Shown in pieces: positions 48,221 to 60,983 of a DNA stretch of 64,000 nt. The first letter of the stretch is position 1, and every line of letters starts with the position of its first letter. The notes beneath the pieces are model-generated. The model was given only the letters and a program-made list of their open reading frames with translations, was not told the DNA's origin and ran no database searches. The stretch is taken from contig NC_086097.1 in assembly GCF_963921235.1 (NCBI RefSeq), positions 230,456,001-230,520,000 of the forward strand. Reading direction: 5' to 3'. Source of the DNA: Mobula hypostoma. Lineage: Eukaryota. The position numbers were made by a program, and so were the translations under genes.

Positions 48221-50089
48221 TTGTTGGCTCAGTTCTCCTTTCTCTATTAACACAACTTGATCTACTGGGCATTTCCTGCAGCTTTGCAGTGTTTATATTG
48301 CTTTATCTATATTCTCTGTCTCTAACTATTAAATTGTCAACTGGGTGACTTCATCCACAGCTCAACTCCACAACAAACCTGGTCTCACCATATCAAAGAT
48401 GTTCCATTTCTCCTATCCCTCCTCTCTCTGCAACTTAAAATGATCTTGTTTTCTCTCGTTATCGTTCTGACAAAAAGCTGTTTGTTTTCCCTATATGCTG
48501 CCTAACCCACAAATGTTTTCAGATTTTCCTGTTTTTTTTTAACTTCCTGGCAGCCCTGTATCGTTATCAACAACAGACAAATATATAAATTGTTCACGCA
48601 AATTGAATTAGAAGTAAACCTGAAACTTTAAAATATCTATAAACATCTTACTTTATGCATTGGACATTCAGCACCAGACCAAAGCTGGGAAATAGTGGGC
48701 AGTTTGTTTTTAACCATAAGTTAAAACCTTTGTGAGTTTTGTATTTATTCAGAAATCCTGAAAGTTATTGCACTTAATCTCAGGTTTAATATGAGATTAT
48801 TGACAATTCCCAGGCCAACAGCACTTACATAATATTTCATTGCATGAACAGGATTTGAAAAGTTCGTGCTGCAGTGTGAGGTCGGTTTAATCGAACAATC
48901 ACTTTTATGTGCATAGTAACTATACTGGTATGAGTGCATTTAGGATTAAATAGCTTTGGACTCCCGGTATTTGGATGTAGGAGATGGAGAGCATCAAGTG
49001 AACAAGAAAAACATTAACGTTTATATTATTCTGTTACTGACCGAACATTTACATGAAAGGTTCTTCTGTCTGCAGCCACAAGGATTTCAGTTAATGATTT
49101 CTGCCAAAGCACCACTCAGTTAAGGCCCTATGGTAATCCTTTGAACTCAGATTCAGCAGGTTATGAGTTTCAGTCCCAGAGATCCGAGTCTACAGACCAC
49201 AACAATATAGTGTAGGAGCTGCAACAGCAGCACCTGTATGAGTTATTAACTCGAGACTCCACCGGTTTGCTCAGGTGAAAGGACCCACAGCACTATGCAG
49301 TTTAGAACTGAGGAGTTTAATTATCTCTCAACCAACAATCAATAAAAAATGATTATTTGATTTGCCATCATTTGAACCATGCTGTGGAAATTCTTACTGT
49401 ACTTCAGCAATACAATCATAACTCACTTCAGAAATATTTAATCGACTGCAAAACATTTTGGGATATCCCAAGGTGGTGAAACTCTTTTGATAAAAGCACG
49501 TATTTCTTTTGATTTCATCTGGGAGTGATTATCTCAAACATCAAATGGTATTTGAGTGAACAAGATCTCAAGGAGCTGGAATAAAACTGAAGTCAATGAG
49601 TACTGAATGGTTAACTCCCCCAGCAGGAATCAAATCTTGCACAAAAGGAAGATAACTGTGGTTACTGGAAGTCAATTCTGCCAGTCCATGACACATGTCA
49701 GTGAAATTAAACCTGACTTTGATTCCGATTCTGAAGAACATTGCTGTTGGAGCTCATCAGACCACTGATCAAGATCCAAGTGTGTTCAGCACCTTCCTTC
49801 AATTACAAGGTCAGAAGGAGGCATCTTCACTCCACAATATCCCTTTCCATTGACAGATCCTTTGAAAATAATCCACGCCTGCATGCAGTGAGACAAAGAC
49901 AATGTTTGGGGATCGATTGTCTGATTGCAATTGCAAAGGGCCTCAGTGATACATCATCTAGAGTATCTTGCATGGTTTTCAGCTCATTAGTTTAAAAAAA
50001 ATGTGCTTGGTACAGAAGGAATGCAATAAAAACTGGTTCCAGGGATGGTGCAAGGACCCTGACGATGGGGCAATTTTATCTTCTGGATC

Positions 50090-50168
50090 AGGAGTTCCCA
50101 ACCTTATTGATGCTGTGGACCCCTCCCATTAACCAAGGGGCCTGTGGCCCCCAGGTTAGGAGCCCCTG
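50090..50168. mobile_element. hAT-like MITE with 8-bp TSD
   Basis: TIRs CAGGAGTTCCCAACCT and AGGTTAGGAGCCCCTG, flanked by TTCTGGAT and TTCTAGAT. Confidence 0.75.
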
Positions 50169-50369
50169 TTCTAGATAGTTAATAAGGGATACTTGTTCAC
50201 CACACACTACAGAAACAGAACTAACGTGGTCTACCAAAAAGGAGAGACTGAGGACTGGGGCAGTATTCTATGGAGTTTCGAAGAATGAATGCAGTGGGCA
50301 TGAGGAGGATTTGAGCATTTTAAGGAAGGGGCCACCAAAGGACTATTAGGGACGGGCAGTATAAGCTGT

Positions 50370-51022
50370 GAGCGGCGGGTTAGAGATACGTCTCTACCAA
50401 AGTAAGTCGCTCGTTCCCTCCGCTGGCCTTCAGGTCACCCTTGGGCTTAGCCCCTGATCAGGGTCACGTGAAGCCATGGGAGTAGATGGTGTGGGCACGT
50501 GGCCAAGTGGTTAAGGCATTCGACTAGCGATCTGAAGGTCGTGAGTTCGAGCCCCAGCCAAGGCAGCGAGTTGTGTCTTTGAGCAAGGCACTTAATCACA
50601 CAGTGCTCTGCGACGACACTGGTGCCAAGCTGTATGGGTCCTACTGCCCTTCCCTTGGACAACATCGGTGGCGTGGAGAGGGGAGACTTGCAGCATGGGC
50701 AACTGCTGGTCTTCCATACAACCTTGCCCAGGCCTGCACCCTGGAGAGTGAAGACTTTCCAGGCGCAGATCCATGGTCTCACAAGATGGTGGATGGTTGC
50801 ATGAGCAGCTGGTGCATCATACAAGTCCTGGTTATGCGACCACTGACAACCGGCAGGCAATCTCTGAAGAGTATTGATAATGGCTGGGGTCACCCATTTT
50901 GTAAAGACACTGCCCAGAAGAAGGCAATAGCAAACCACTTCAGTAGGAAAATTTGCCAAGAACAATCATGGTCATGAAACCATGATTGCCCACGTCATTC
51001 GGCACAGCACATAATGATGATG
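50370..51022 (+). mobile_element. RTE-related non-autonomous element with (TGA)n tail, hosting a nested tRNA SINE; partial copy at about 32410-32565
   Basis: GAAGGCAATAGCAAACCACTTCAGTAG...TTTGCCAAGAA resembles the RTE/Bov-A 5' motif; tail ACATAATGATGATGA. Confidence 0.6.
50492..50783 (+). mobile_element. tRNA-head CORE-like SINE with 3' stem-loop
   Basis: A box TGGCCAAGTGG, B box AGTTCGAGCCC, TTGAGCAAGGCACTTAA. TSD AGATGGTG at 50484-50491 and 50784-50791. Confidence 0.75.
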
Positions 51023-51886
51023 AGCATATACTTGGGTTTGCTGGGGACTCACTCATCATGCAAGTTAATAAAAATAAACAAAATAAATCTCAAACAGTAC
51101 TGTGGTAAAGGTACGAATTTATATTTAGAGAGTTTTGGATTGAATCAGAGGTGTTAAAGGTGTTCTGCACCACTACATCTAATCAGTATCCAACGGCAGC
51201 TGCTGAGAGACTACCCATATATCACTGGAAGAGAAAGAAATGTAGCTTGTCTATAATTAGCTGAAATTTACTTGTGAAATAGCACATTAAATGAACAATC
51301 AGCTATTAGTGTGTGAGCAAACATCCAGTAACTCGTGATCTGGAAGACATATGCAATAGATTACAGACTGTCACCAAGTGCTGGAGGATGTCACTTCACG
51401 TTTGGAACTTATAGTCAATCACCCTAAATGCAGCAACAAACTGCTACATTTGTACTTTATTTATAAACTGAACTCTGCGCAGAAAGCAAGCACTTCTATT
51501 GCCTGGCATAAGGACCCTGACGATGGGGTGTACTTCATCTTCTAGATGGTTATCGAGGGATAAACCACAGAAAATCAAACTTGTTCGCCATGCACAGCAG
51601 AAAGAGAACAGCTTTGGTGTCTAAACACAGCAATAATCAGAACAATAAGCTGTAGGGTAACTTCCTCATGTTCATGTGTCATATTCCGCAAGCAGTAAAC
51701 AATTCTTAGAGCTACTTAACTTTGAATGCTTAATGCTTTGAATATTCCAATACATCAGATAAAAAGCTGCTTCAGTGCTTTAACTGTTCAAACCGGTGGT
51801 TAAGGAAGTTGATTGTTGGTCTCATCATTTATCTGTGGAATTTGGTAGCACAGGCGACTGTGGAGGCCAAGTCATTGGGTGTTTTT

Positions 51887-54595
51887 AGACCATAAGACCA
51901 TGAGATGTAGGAGCAGAATTAGGCCATTTGGCCCATCGAGTCTGCTCCGTCATTTTATCATGCCTGATCCAATTTTCCTCTCAGCCCCAATCTCCTGCCT
52001 TCTCCCCATATCCCCTCATGCCCTGACCAATCAAGAATCCATCAACCTCTGCCTTAAAAAACACATAAAGACTTGCTCTCCACAGCTGCCTCTGGCAAAG
52101 AATTCTACAGATTCACCACTCTCCAGTTAAAGAAATTCCTCCTCATTTCCATTCTAAAAGGATGCCTTTCTACTCTGAGAATGTATCATCTTGTCTTAGA
52201 CTCTCCCATCATAGGAAACATCTTCTCCACATCCACTCTATCAAGGCCTATCACCTTTCACAAAATGCTGGTGGAATCCAGCAGGCCAGGCAGCATCTAT
52301 AGGAAGAAGTACAGTCGACGTTTCGGGCCGAGACCCTTTGTCAGGACCGAAACGTCGACTGTACTTCTTCCTATAGATGCTGCCTGGCCTGCTGCGTTCC
52401 ACCAGCATTTTGTGTGTGTTGCTTGAATTTCCAGCATCTGCAGATTTTCTCGTGTTTGCGCTATCACCTTTCAATGGGCTTTAATGAGATCACCCCTCAT
52501 TCTTCTGAATGCTAGTGAATATAGGCCCAGAGCTAACAGACCCTTTTTATATAACAAGCCATTCGATCTTGGAATTATTTTTGTGAACCTCCTTTGAACC
52601 ATCTCCAGTTTCAGTACATCCCTTCTAGGATAAGGGGCCCAAAACAGCTCACAATATTCCAAGTGAGGCCTCACCAGGGCTTTATAAAGTCTCGACATTA
52701 CATCCTTGCTTTTATGTTCTAGTTCTCTTGAAATGAATGCTAACATTGCATTTGTCTTCCTCACCAGAGTCAACCTGCAAATTAACCTTTAGGGAATCCT
52801 GCACGAAGACTTCCAAGTCCCTTTGGGCCTCAGTTTTTTTGCATTTTCTCTCCATTTAGAAAACAGTCAACCCTTTCATTTTTTCTACCAAAAAGTCTGA
52901 CCAATATCAGGGTACTTGGAGGCACATGATAAAATAGGCAGTAGGCAGTAGTCAGCATGGTTACCTCAAGGGAAATTCTTGCCTGACATATCTGTTGGAA
53001 TTCTTTGAAGAAATAACAAGTAGGATAGACAAGGAAAATCAGTTGATGCTGGGCACTTGGATTTTCAGAAGGCCTTTGACAAGGTGTACTACTGACGCTG
53101 TATTCCATCTGCCATTTCTTTGCCTGTTCTCCTAATCTGTCTAAGTCCTTCTGTAGCCTCTCTACTTTCTCGAAACTAACTTCCCATCCACCTATCTTCA
53201 TATCATCTGTAAACTTTGCACAAAAGCTATCAATTCCATCATCCAAATAGACCCCTCTGGAACACCACTAGTCACCGCACCAACCTGAAAAGTCACCCTA
53301 TGTTCCCACTCTTTGCCTCCTGCCAATCAGCCACTGCATTATCCTTGCTAGAATCTTTCCTGTAATACTATGGGCTCACAGCTTGTTAAGCAGTCTCTTT
53401 GTCTTTGTCTGGGGTCTCACCAACACCTTCCTCCACAACCTCTCCACTAAATGTTCTGGCATTCTGGTTCCCATCCCCTTGCAACCCCACCGTGCAGCAT
53501 TTACAAACCTTCTCGCTAGGATATTATTACCCATCCAGTTCAGGTGCAAACCGTCCCTTCTGTACAGGTCCCACATTCCCTGGAAGGCAGCACAATGATC
53601 CAAAAATCTTATGCCCTCTCTCCTACACCAACTCCTTAGCCATGTATTAAGCTGTATAATCTTCCTAGTTCTGGCCTCACTAGCATATGGCATGGATAAC
53701 AATCCTGAGATCACAACCCGAGAGGTACTGCCCTTTAACTTAGCATCTAACTCCCTGAACACTCTGTGCCAGAACTTTGTCACCCGTCTTACTCATGTTA
53801 TTGGTCCCTACATGGACCATGACTTCTGGCTGTTCACCCTCCCACTTAAGAATGCTGAGGACATGATTCGCGATATCCCCGACCCTGGCACCCAAGAGGC
53901 AACCGACTATTTGGGAATCTCGTTCTCACCCAAAAAACCTCCTGTCCGTTCCCCTAACTAATGAATCCTCTATCATCACAGTGTGCTTCTTCTCCCCCGC
54001 TTCCCTTCTGAGTCACAGAGACAGACTCAATACCAGAGATGCAACCACTGTGACTTTTGTCTGTTAGGTCATTCCCCTGCAACCCCCCCCCCCCAACAGT
54101 ATACAAAGTGGTATACCTGTTGTTGAGGGGGGAATGGCCACAGGGGTACTCTCCACTGCCTCCTTAACCCTGTTTCCTGTCTGACTGTCACCACATTTCC
54201 TGTGTCCTGCACCTTGGGTATAACTACCTCTCTATATGTCCGATCTATCATCCCTTCAGCCTCCCGAATGCTTAGTCCAGGATTCAAGGTCCTTTGGCAA
54301 ATTGGATCCATGAGTTCATCCAGTTCCAGCTCCAAATCTTAAATGTGGATTTTTGGAAGCTGCAGCTGGATGCACTTCTTGCAGTTGTAGTGGTCAGGGA
54401 CACTGGAGGTCTCCCTGCCTTCCCACGTCCCGCAAGAGGAGCATTCCACTGTCTTGCCTGGTACCTCTACTGTCCTAGCTGAGCAGAGATAAAGAAGGGA
54501 AGGAAAACAAACTAGAGCTTTGCTTTTGGTTTCCCTGACTGCAGCCTCTCCTTGCAGGTGCCTTGAAGAGCTAAAGTCTCAAGATCACCACTCTG
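51887..54595 (-). mobile_element. Internally deleted and rearranged CR1 (5' UTR, ORF1, partial ORF2, 3' UTR) nested in an older plus-strand CR1 3' end
   Basis: ORF1 zinc finger ECSSCG...YNCKKC (about 54350-54450), esterase RDGLHLN, FTDD, RPHLEYC and a (TCTTATGG) tail. The flanks at 51830-51886 and 54598-54750 are consecutive pieces of a plus-strand CR1. Confidence 0.8.
52261..52460. mobile_element. Penelope-derived fold-back element
   Basis: Near-perfect inverted arms; exact 13-bp TSD CTATCACCTTTCA at 52248-52260 and 52461-52473. Confidence 0.85.
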
Positions 54596-54959
54596 AAAAG
54601 GTAGAGGTTGGTGAATTCTCGGTCAGTCAGGGAATGAAGGAATACGAGGAGAAGGCAGGAGATTGGGGCTGAGAGGGAGACGGGTCAGCCATGAAGAAAT
54701 GTGCAGCAGACTCGATGGGATAAATCGCCTAATTCTGCTCCTATATCGTATAAACATAGGTGTCTCATTTTCAAGCTGCACCTACTAAAAAGGTCAGCAC
54801 CAATCTGAAAATTGTGAACTAAATTGGGAAAAGTGTGAAGTGATTCACTTTGGATGGTCAAACTTGAAGGCAAAATTCAAAGTTAATCAAAAACTAAAAA
54901 AGGTGAAGGGTTGCACATGGAAGAATTTGATTCGAGAGAACCGTGGACCAGGAGAATTG

Positions 54960-55305
54960 TACTCCTCACCCTTCCTTCTTCTTTCATTCCACACTCTCCC
55001 TCTTTTCTCTTCTTTCTACCTGCCTGTCATCGCCACCTGATGCCCCTCCTCCTTCCCTTTCTCCCATGGTCCGTTCTGCTCTCCTATCAGATTCTTTCTT
55101 CTTCAACCCTTACCTTTTGCACCAAACACCTCCCAGCTTCTGACCTTATTCCCCCCTCTTCTCCACCCACTTGGCTTCACCTATCACCTACCAGCTTGTA
55201 CACCTTCCTCTCCCCCCACCTTCTTATTCTGGCTCCTTCCCCTTTCCTTTCCAGACCTGATTCAGGGTCTTGGTCCAAAACACCGACTGTTTATTCATTT
55301 CTGTA
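54960..55305 (+). mobile_element. Penelope-type pseudo-LTR fragment (pyrimidine-rich)
   Basis: CTCCTATCAGATTC...CTTCACCTATCACC...TTTCCAGACCTGATTCAGGGTCTTGGTCCAAAAC; homologous to 61940-62395. Confidence 0.65.
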
Positions 55306-57850
55306 GATCAGAACCAGAATTAATATCATTGGCATATGTCGTGAAACTTGATAACTTTGCAGCAACAGTACAGTGAAATGCATGATAAATATAGAAAAAT
55401 CCGAGTTACGGTGTATATATATACTGTAATTCAGTTTTCTGTTCTGAGAGATATATATACCTTAAATAGTTAAATTAAAATAAATGGGTCATAAATAGAA
55501 ATAAAGAAATAGTGAGGTAGTGTTCATGGGTTCAATGTTCATTTAGGAATCGGATGGCAGAGGGAAGAAGCTGTTCTGAATCATTGAATGTGTACCTTCA
55601 GGCTTCTGTACCTCCTTCCCAACAGTAACAATAAGAATTGAATTAAATTGAATGATCTTTATTGTTATTATACATAGGTACAATGAAACTCTGTTTGGCT
55701 TCCTCTCAGGCAATTAAATAAAGCGGTAGATAAAAACAAGACAGTAATAGAAAAACAGTATTAAATAGATAAGTAGCAGAAAAAAAGTTGCAGCAGCACC
55801 GGAATATCACAGTAATGCACAAAGTGCTGTTAGTGGAAGTATTTGAGTCTTTGTGTGTGCTCACAGTTTCAGTCATTGTTCTGTGGAAGCGGTGTGATGG
55901 AGGCCACAGCTCTGGGACAGAAGCTGTTCCTCAGTTTGTTTGTTCTGGCTTTTAGTGTCCTGAACCTTTTGCTGGACGGCAGCGGGTCAAACAGGGAGTG
56001 ACCGGGGTGTGTGGTGTCTCTGGTTTTGCTGATTGTTTTCCTCCTGAGTCTGCTGGAATAGATGGTGTCCAGTCTTGGGAGCTCCATCCTGACAATTCGC
56101 TGGGCTGTCCTCACCACGCGATGCAGATCTTGTCGCCCAGCGGCTGTGCAGCTGGCATAACACACTGTGGCGCTGTTGGTCAGAATGGTTTCAATTGTGC
56201 TTCTGTAGAAGATAAGCAACAGCTTTTGTGGGAGTTTGGCCTGTTTCAGCTTTCTGAGGAAGAAGAGTCTTTGTTGTGCCTTTTTTACAAGCAGCGAGGT
56301 GTTGGTGGTCCATGTCAGCTGTTTTGACAACATAACTCCAAGGAACTTTAGGTTTTCCACACTTTCCACTTCCTCTCCATGTGTATGGAGGGGAGTGTGT
56401 ACTCTGTCCTTTGATCTCCTGAAGTCAATGATCATCTCTTTTGTTTTAGAAGTGTTAAGGACCAGGTCATTGTCCTTACACCACTCCATCAGATGATCCA
56501 CCTCAAGCCTGTAGGCTGTTTCATCTTTGTCCAAGATCAGGCCAACCACTGTGGTATCATCTACAAATTTAATTATGGAGTTAGAGGTGTAGATGGGGGT
56601 GCAGTCATGTGTAAAGAGTATGTAGAGCATAGCCCTGCGGGGTGCCTATTTTTAAGATGAGGGTGTTGGAGGTGTGCTTACCAATTCTGATTTGCTGCGG
56701 TCGGTCTGTGAGAAAGTCCATGACAATCAGCACAGGGAGGAACCAAGGCCAAGAGTGTTCAGTTTGCTGACCAGCAAGAAGTCGGCATGTCCTGGATGAC
56801 AGGGGTCCTTAATGATTGACGCCACCTTTCTGAGGCACTGTTCACTGAGAAAGTCTTGGATACTACAAAGGCTAGTACCCATGATGGAGCTGACTAATTT
56901 TACAACTCTCTGAAGCTTCTTTCGATCCTGTGCAGTAGCTCCCCTTACCAGAAGGGGATACAACCAGTCAGAATGCTCTTCATGGTGCATCTGTAGAAGT
57001 TTGAGTGTTGTAGGTGACAAACCAAATCTCCTCAAAATCCGAATGAAACATAGCAACTGTCTTGCCTTCCTTATAGCTGCATCGATATGTTAGGACCAGG
57101 TTAGATCCTCAGAAGTATTGACACCCACGAACGTGAAATTGTTCACTCTCTTCACTTCTGATCCCTCTATGAGGATTGGTTCCTGTTCCCTTGTCTTACC
57201 ATTCCTGAAGTCCACAATCAGCTCTTTGGTCTTACCGACGTTGAGTGCAAGGTTAATGCTGTGACACCACTCAACTAGCTGGGTATATCTCACTTCTGTA
57301 TTCCCTCTCATCGCCATCTGAGATTCTGCCAACAATGGTTGTATCATCAGCAAATTTATAGACAGCATTTGAGCTATGCCTAGCCACACAGTCATGGGTG
57401 TAGAGAGAGTAGAGCAGTGGGCAAAGCACACACTCCTGATGTGCACCAGTGCTGATTGTCAACAAGCAGGAGATTACCAATCCACACAGATTATGGTCTT
57501 CTGGTTAGGGAGTCAAGGATCCAGTTGCACAGGGAGGTACTTAGGCCCAGGTACTGTAGCTTTCTGATTAGGTCTGTAGGAATGATGGTGTTAAATAGTG
57601 AGTCAATGAAGAGCATCCTGACAGAGGCAATTGTATTGCCCAGGTGATCCACGGTCATGTGGAGAACCGTTGAGGATGAGTCTGCCACCGACTTACTGTG
57701 GCAATAGGTAATTAGCAGTGGGACCAGGTCCTTGCTGAGGCAAGAGTTGATAGCTGTTAAAGCAGTTCACACTGGACTTTTTGGGCACTGGTATAATTGT
57801 TGCCCCTTTTGAAGCAAGTGGGAACTTCTGACCGTAACAGTGAGAGTTTG
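55305..57850 (-). mobile_element. L2/Rex-type LINE (RT to 3' end) with a nested younger Rex/L2 copy at about 55636-56725
   Basis: Host: RMLFIDS.FNTIIP, STGAHQECVLCPLLYSLYTHDC...KFADDTT. Insert ORF 55869-56630: FTHDC...KFVDDTT, KTKEMIIDFR, KKAQQRLFFLRKL, HPGHSLF. Confidence 0.85.
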
Positions 57851-57909
57851 AAAACCTCTTTGGTGCTTCCTGACCTGCTGAGTTCCTCCAGCATTTTGTA
57901 TGTGACACA

Positions 57910-59940
57910 AAGTTAACAGAAGGATTATTATCAGTGTGGAAGTACAGAGTAATCTTGGGGGTTCATGTCCCTAGATCCTTCAAAGTTGCAGTGCTAGCTG
58001 ATAGGGTAGTGAAGAGGAATATGCTGTGTTGGTCTTCATTAGTCAGGGGATTAAGTTGAAGGTCCACAAGGTAATATTGCAGCTCTACAAAACCCTAGTT
58101 AAACGACACTTGGAATATTGTGCTCAGTTCTGGTTGCCTTATTATAGGAAGAATGTGGAGGATTTAGAAAGGGTGCAGAAGAGATTTACCAGGATACTGC
58201 CTGGATCAGAGAGCATAGAACATAGAACATAGAATAGTACAGCACAGTACAGGCCCTTCATCCCACATTGTTGTGCCGACCCTCAAACCCTGCCTCCCAT
58301 ATAACCCCCCACCTTAAATTCCTCCATATACCTGTCTAGTAGTCTCTTAAATTTCACTAGTGTATCTGCCTCCACCACTGACTCAGGCAGTGCATTCCAC
58401 GCACTAACCACTCTGAGTAAAAAACCTTCCTCTAATATCCCCCTTGAACTTTCCACCCCTTGCCTAAAAGCCATGTCCCCTTGTATTGAGCAGTGGTGCC
58501 CTGGGGAGGAGGCACTGGCTATCCACTCCATTTATTCCTCTTAATATCTTGTATACCTCTATCATGTCCCCTCTCATCCTCCTTCTCTCCAAAGAGTAAA
58601 CCCCTAGCTCCCTTAATCTCTGATCATAATCCATACTCTCTAAACCAGGCAGCATCCTGGTAAATCTCTTCTGTACCCGTTCCAATGCTTCCACATCCTT
58701 CCTATAGTGAGGTGACCAGAACTGGGCACAATACTCCAAGTGTGGCCTAACCAGAGTTTTATAGAGCTGCATCATTACCTCGCGACTCTTAAACTCTATC
58801 CCTCGAGTTATGAAAGTTAACACCCCATAAGCTTTCTTAACTGCCCTATATACCTGCGAGGCAACTTTCAGGAATCTGTGGACATGTACCCCCAGATCCC
58901 TCTGCTCCTCCACACTACCAAGTATCCTGCCATTTACTTTGTACTCTGCCTTGGAGTTTGTCCTTCCAAAGTGTACCACCTCACACTTCTCCGGTTTGAA
59001 CTTCATCTGCCACCTCTCAACCCACTTCTGCATCCTATCAATATCTCTCTGCAATCTTCGACAATCATCTACACTATCCACAACACCACCAACCTTTGTG
59101 TCGTCTGCAAACTTGCCAACCCACCCTTCTACCCCGACATCCAGGTCGTTAATAAAAATCATGAAAAGTAGAGGTTCCAGAACCGATCCTTGTGGGACAC
59201 CACTAGTCACAACCCTCCAATCCAAATGTACTCCCTCCACCACGACGCTCTGCCTACTGCAGGCAAGCCAATTCTGAATCCACCTGGCCAAACTTCCCTG
59301 GATCCCCTGGATCCCATGCCTTCTGATGTTCTGAACAAGCCTACCATGTGGAACCTTGTCAAATGGCTTACTAAAATCCATATAGATCACATCCACTGCA
59401 CTACCCTCATCTATATGCCTGGTCACGTCCTCAAAGAACTCTATCAGGCTTGTTAGACATGACCTGCCCTTCACAAAGCTATGCTGACTGTCCCTGATCA
59501 GACCATGATTCAGCATGTCTTATGAGGATAGGGTGAACAAGTTAGGGTTTTTCTCTATAGAATGGAGGAGAATGAGAGGAGACTTGATTGAAGTGTATAA
59601 GATGAAAAGAGGCATAGATCGAGTGGATAGCCAGAGACTTTCTCCCAGCCCAGAAATGGCTAATATAAGGGGACATAATTTTAAGATGATTGTAGAAAGT
59701 TTTGGGGGAGATGTCGGAGGTTTTTTTTTACATAGAGAGCGGTGGGTGCGTGGAATGCGCTGCCAGGAATGGTGGCAGAGGCAGATACAGTCGGGACATT
59801 TAAGAGAATGTTAGATAGGAATGGGTGATAGAAGTATGGAGGGATGTGTGTGTGAGGGAAGGGTTAAGTTGATCTTGGAGTAGGTAAGGTGCTGGCTGAA
59901 GGGCCTGTACTGTGCTGCATAGTTCTCTGTTCTATGTTCT
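57910..59940. mobile_element. Plus-strand CR1 3' part interrupted by a younger minus-strand CR1 (58217-59511)
   Basis: The inner 350-aa RT ORF (58464-59516) has DFSKPFDKV, PQGSVLEP and FADD, with a (TTCTATG)n tail and a 5-bp duplication AGCAT at 58212-58216 and 59512-59516. The outer ORF resumes as SYEDRVNKLG. Confidence 0.88.
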
Positions 59941-60983
59941 TAAAGGGTGAGAAAAAAAATTAACTCATACTGTACTTGTCAGGATACTCTGTTCCAGGAA
60001 GTCTGGGCCAATCTCTCCCCACCTAAAATATTTACTGGCGTTCACTGTGGATTATTCATGAAAAATTACAAAAACTTGGAAGATCACCAATGCACATCAG
60101 CAGTTTGCCTGCCTTCATTTGAGAACCAGCAAAAATAAATTGTCAGGTAGGCAAAAAGAGAAGCAGGACAACTTTGATATTGTAGCATTTAATTGGGATA
60201 GTTTCAGCTCCATATACTTTGTTAGTAATTGAGTGGGTGGTGGGAAAAAAAACAAGATTAGGTTCTCAGGATGATTCAGAAAAGAAAGGAGTGGAAAAGG
60301 CTTCTAATATCATAACAATGGCAAAGTACCATACTTCCAACTTGGCAAAACCATTTATTTATAACAATATATGTATTATTGTAAAATATTAAAGCAGGGA
60401 GAAAGTTTAACAGCCGCAGAACTTGCTGCATAAATTATTTAGGAAGTGGTAAAAAAAATCGGTTGTTAAAATTACTTGCAGGGTTCAAAGCTACTTCCTC
60501 TACTTTGGTTAGCTGCACTCAAGGGCCTGCAGGCTGTGCACTCAACAATGAACAAAGAGTTAGAAAAATGAGGAGTTAATAGACCCAACCACTTGCATTT
60601 TAATTCCCTCTGTTCCTTTCCTATTGGCCAAAGACCAGATATGACTGGTTGTTCGTTAACAGTTGTGGGCATGCTATGTTGGTGCCAGAAGCATGTTGAC
60701 ACTTGCAGGCTGCCCCTAGCACATCCTTAGATATGTTGGTCATTGTGGCATTTCACTGAATGCTTCAATGCACATGTTACAAAGAAAGCTAATCCTTAAA
60801 TGTTAACCATTCTGTTACAAGGATTGCGGGAAGACTAGATGTAAGATGATTAACTTTTCCAGCTTTTATTGGCTTTAATGACAAGCATTCGGCGGCCAAA
60901 AAACACAAGCGGTCAGAGGAGGCAAGTGACAGGCAACTAGAAGGTAAGGAGGTGTTCTGCAAAGCAATTATCCAATCTAAATT

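Noticed and set aside
50055..50075. CTGACGA motif (also at about 51517) as a possible hammerhead core
   Set aside because: No stem II followed by GAAA and no matching stem I could be found.
50492..50570. tRNA-like sequence with A and B boxes (also at 38700-38782)
   Set aside because: It runs directly into a SINE body and lacks a proper acceptor stem, so it is a SINE head rather than a tRNA gene.
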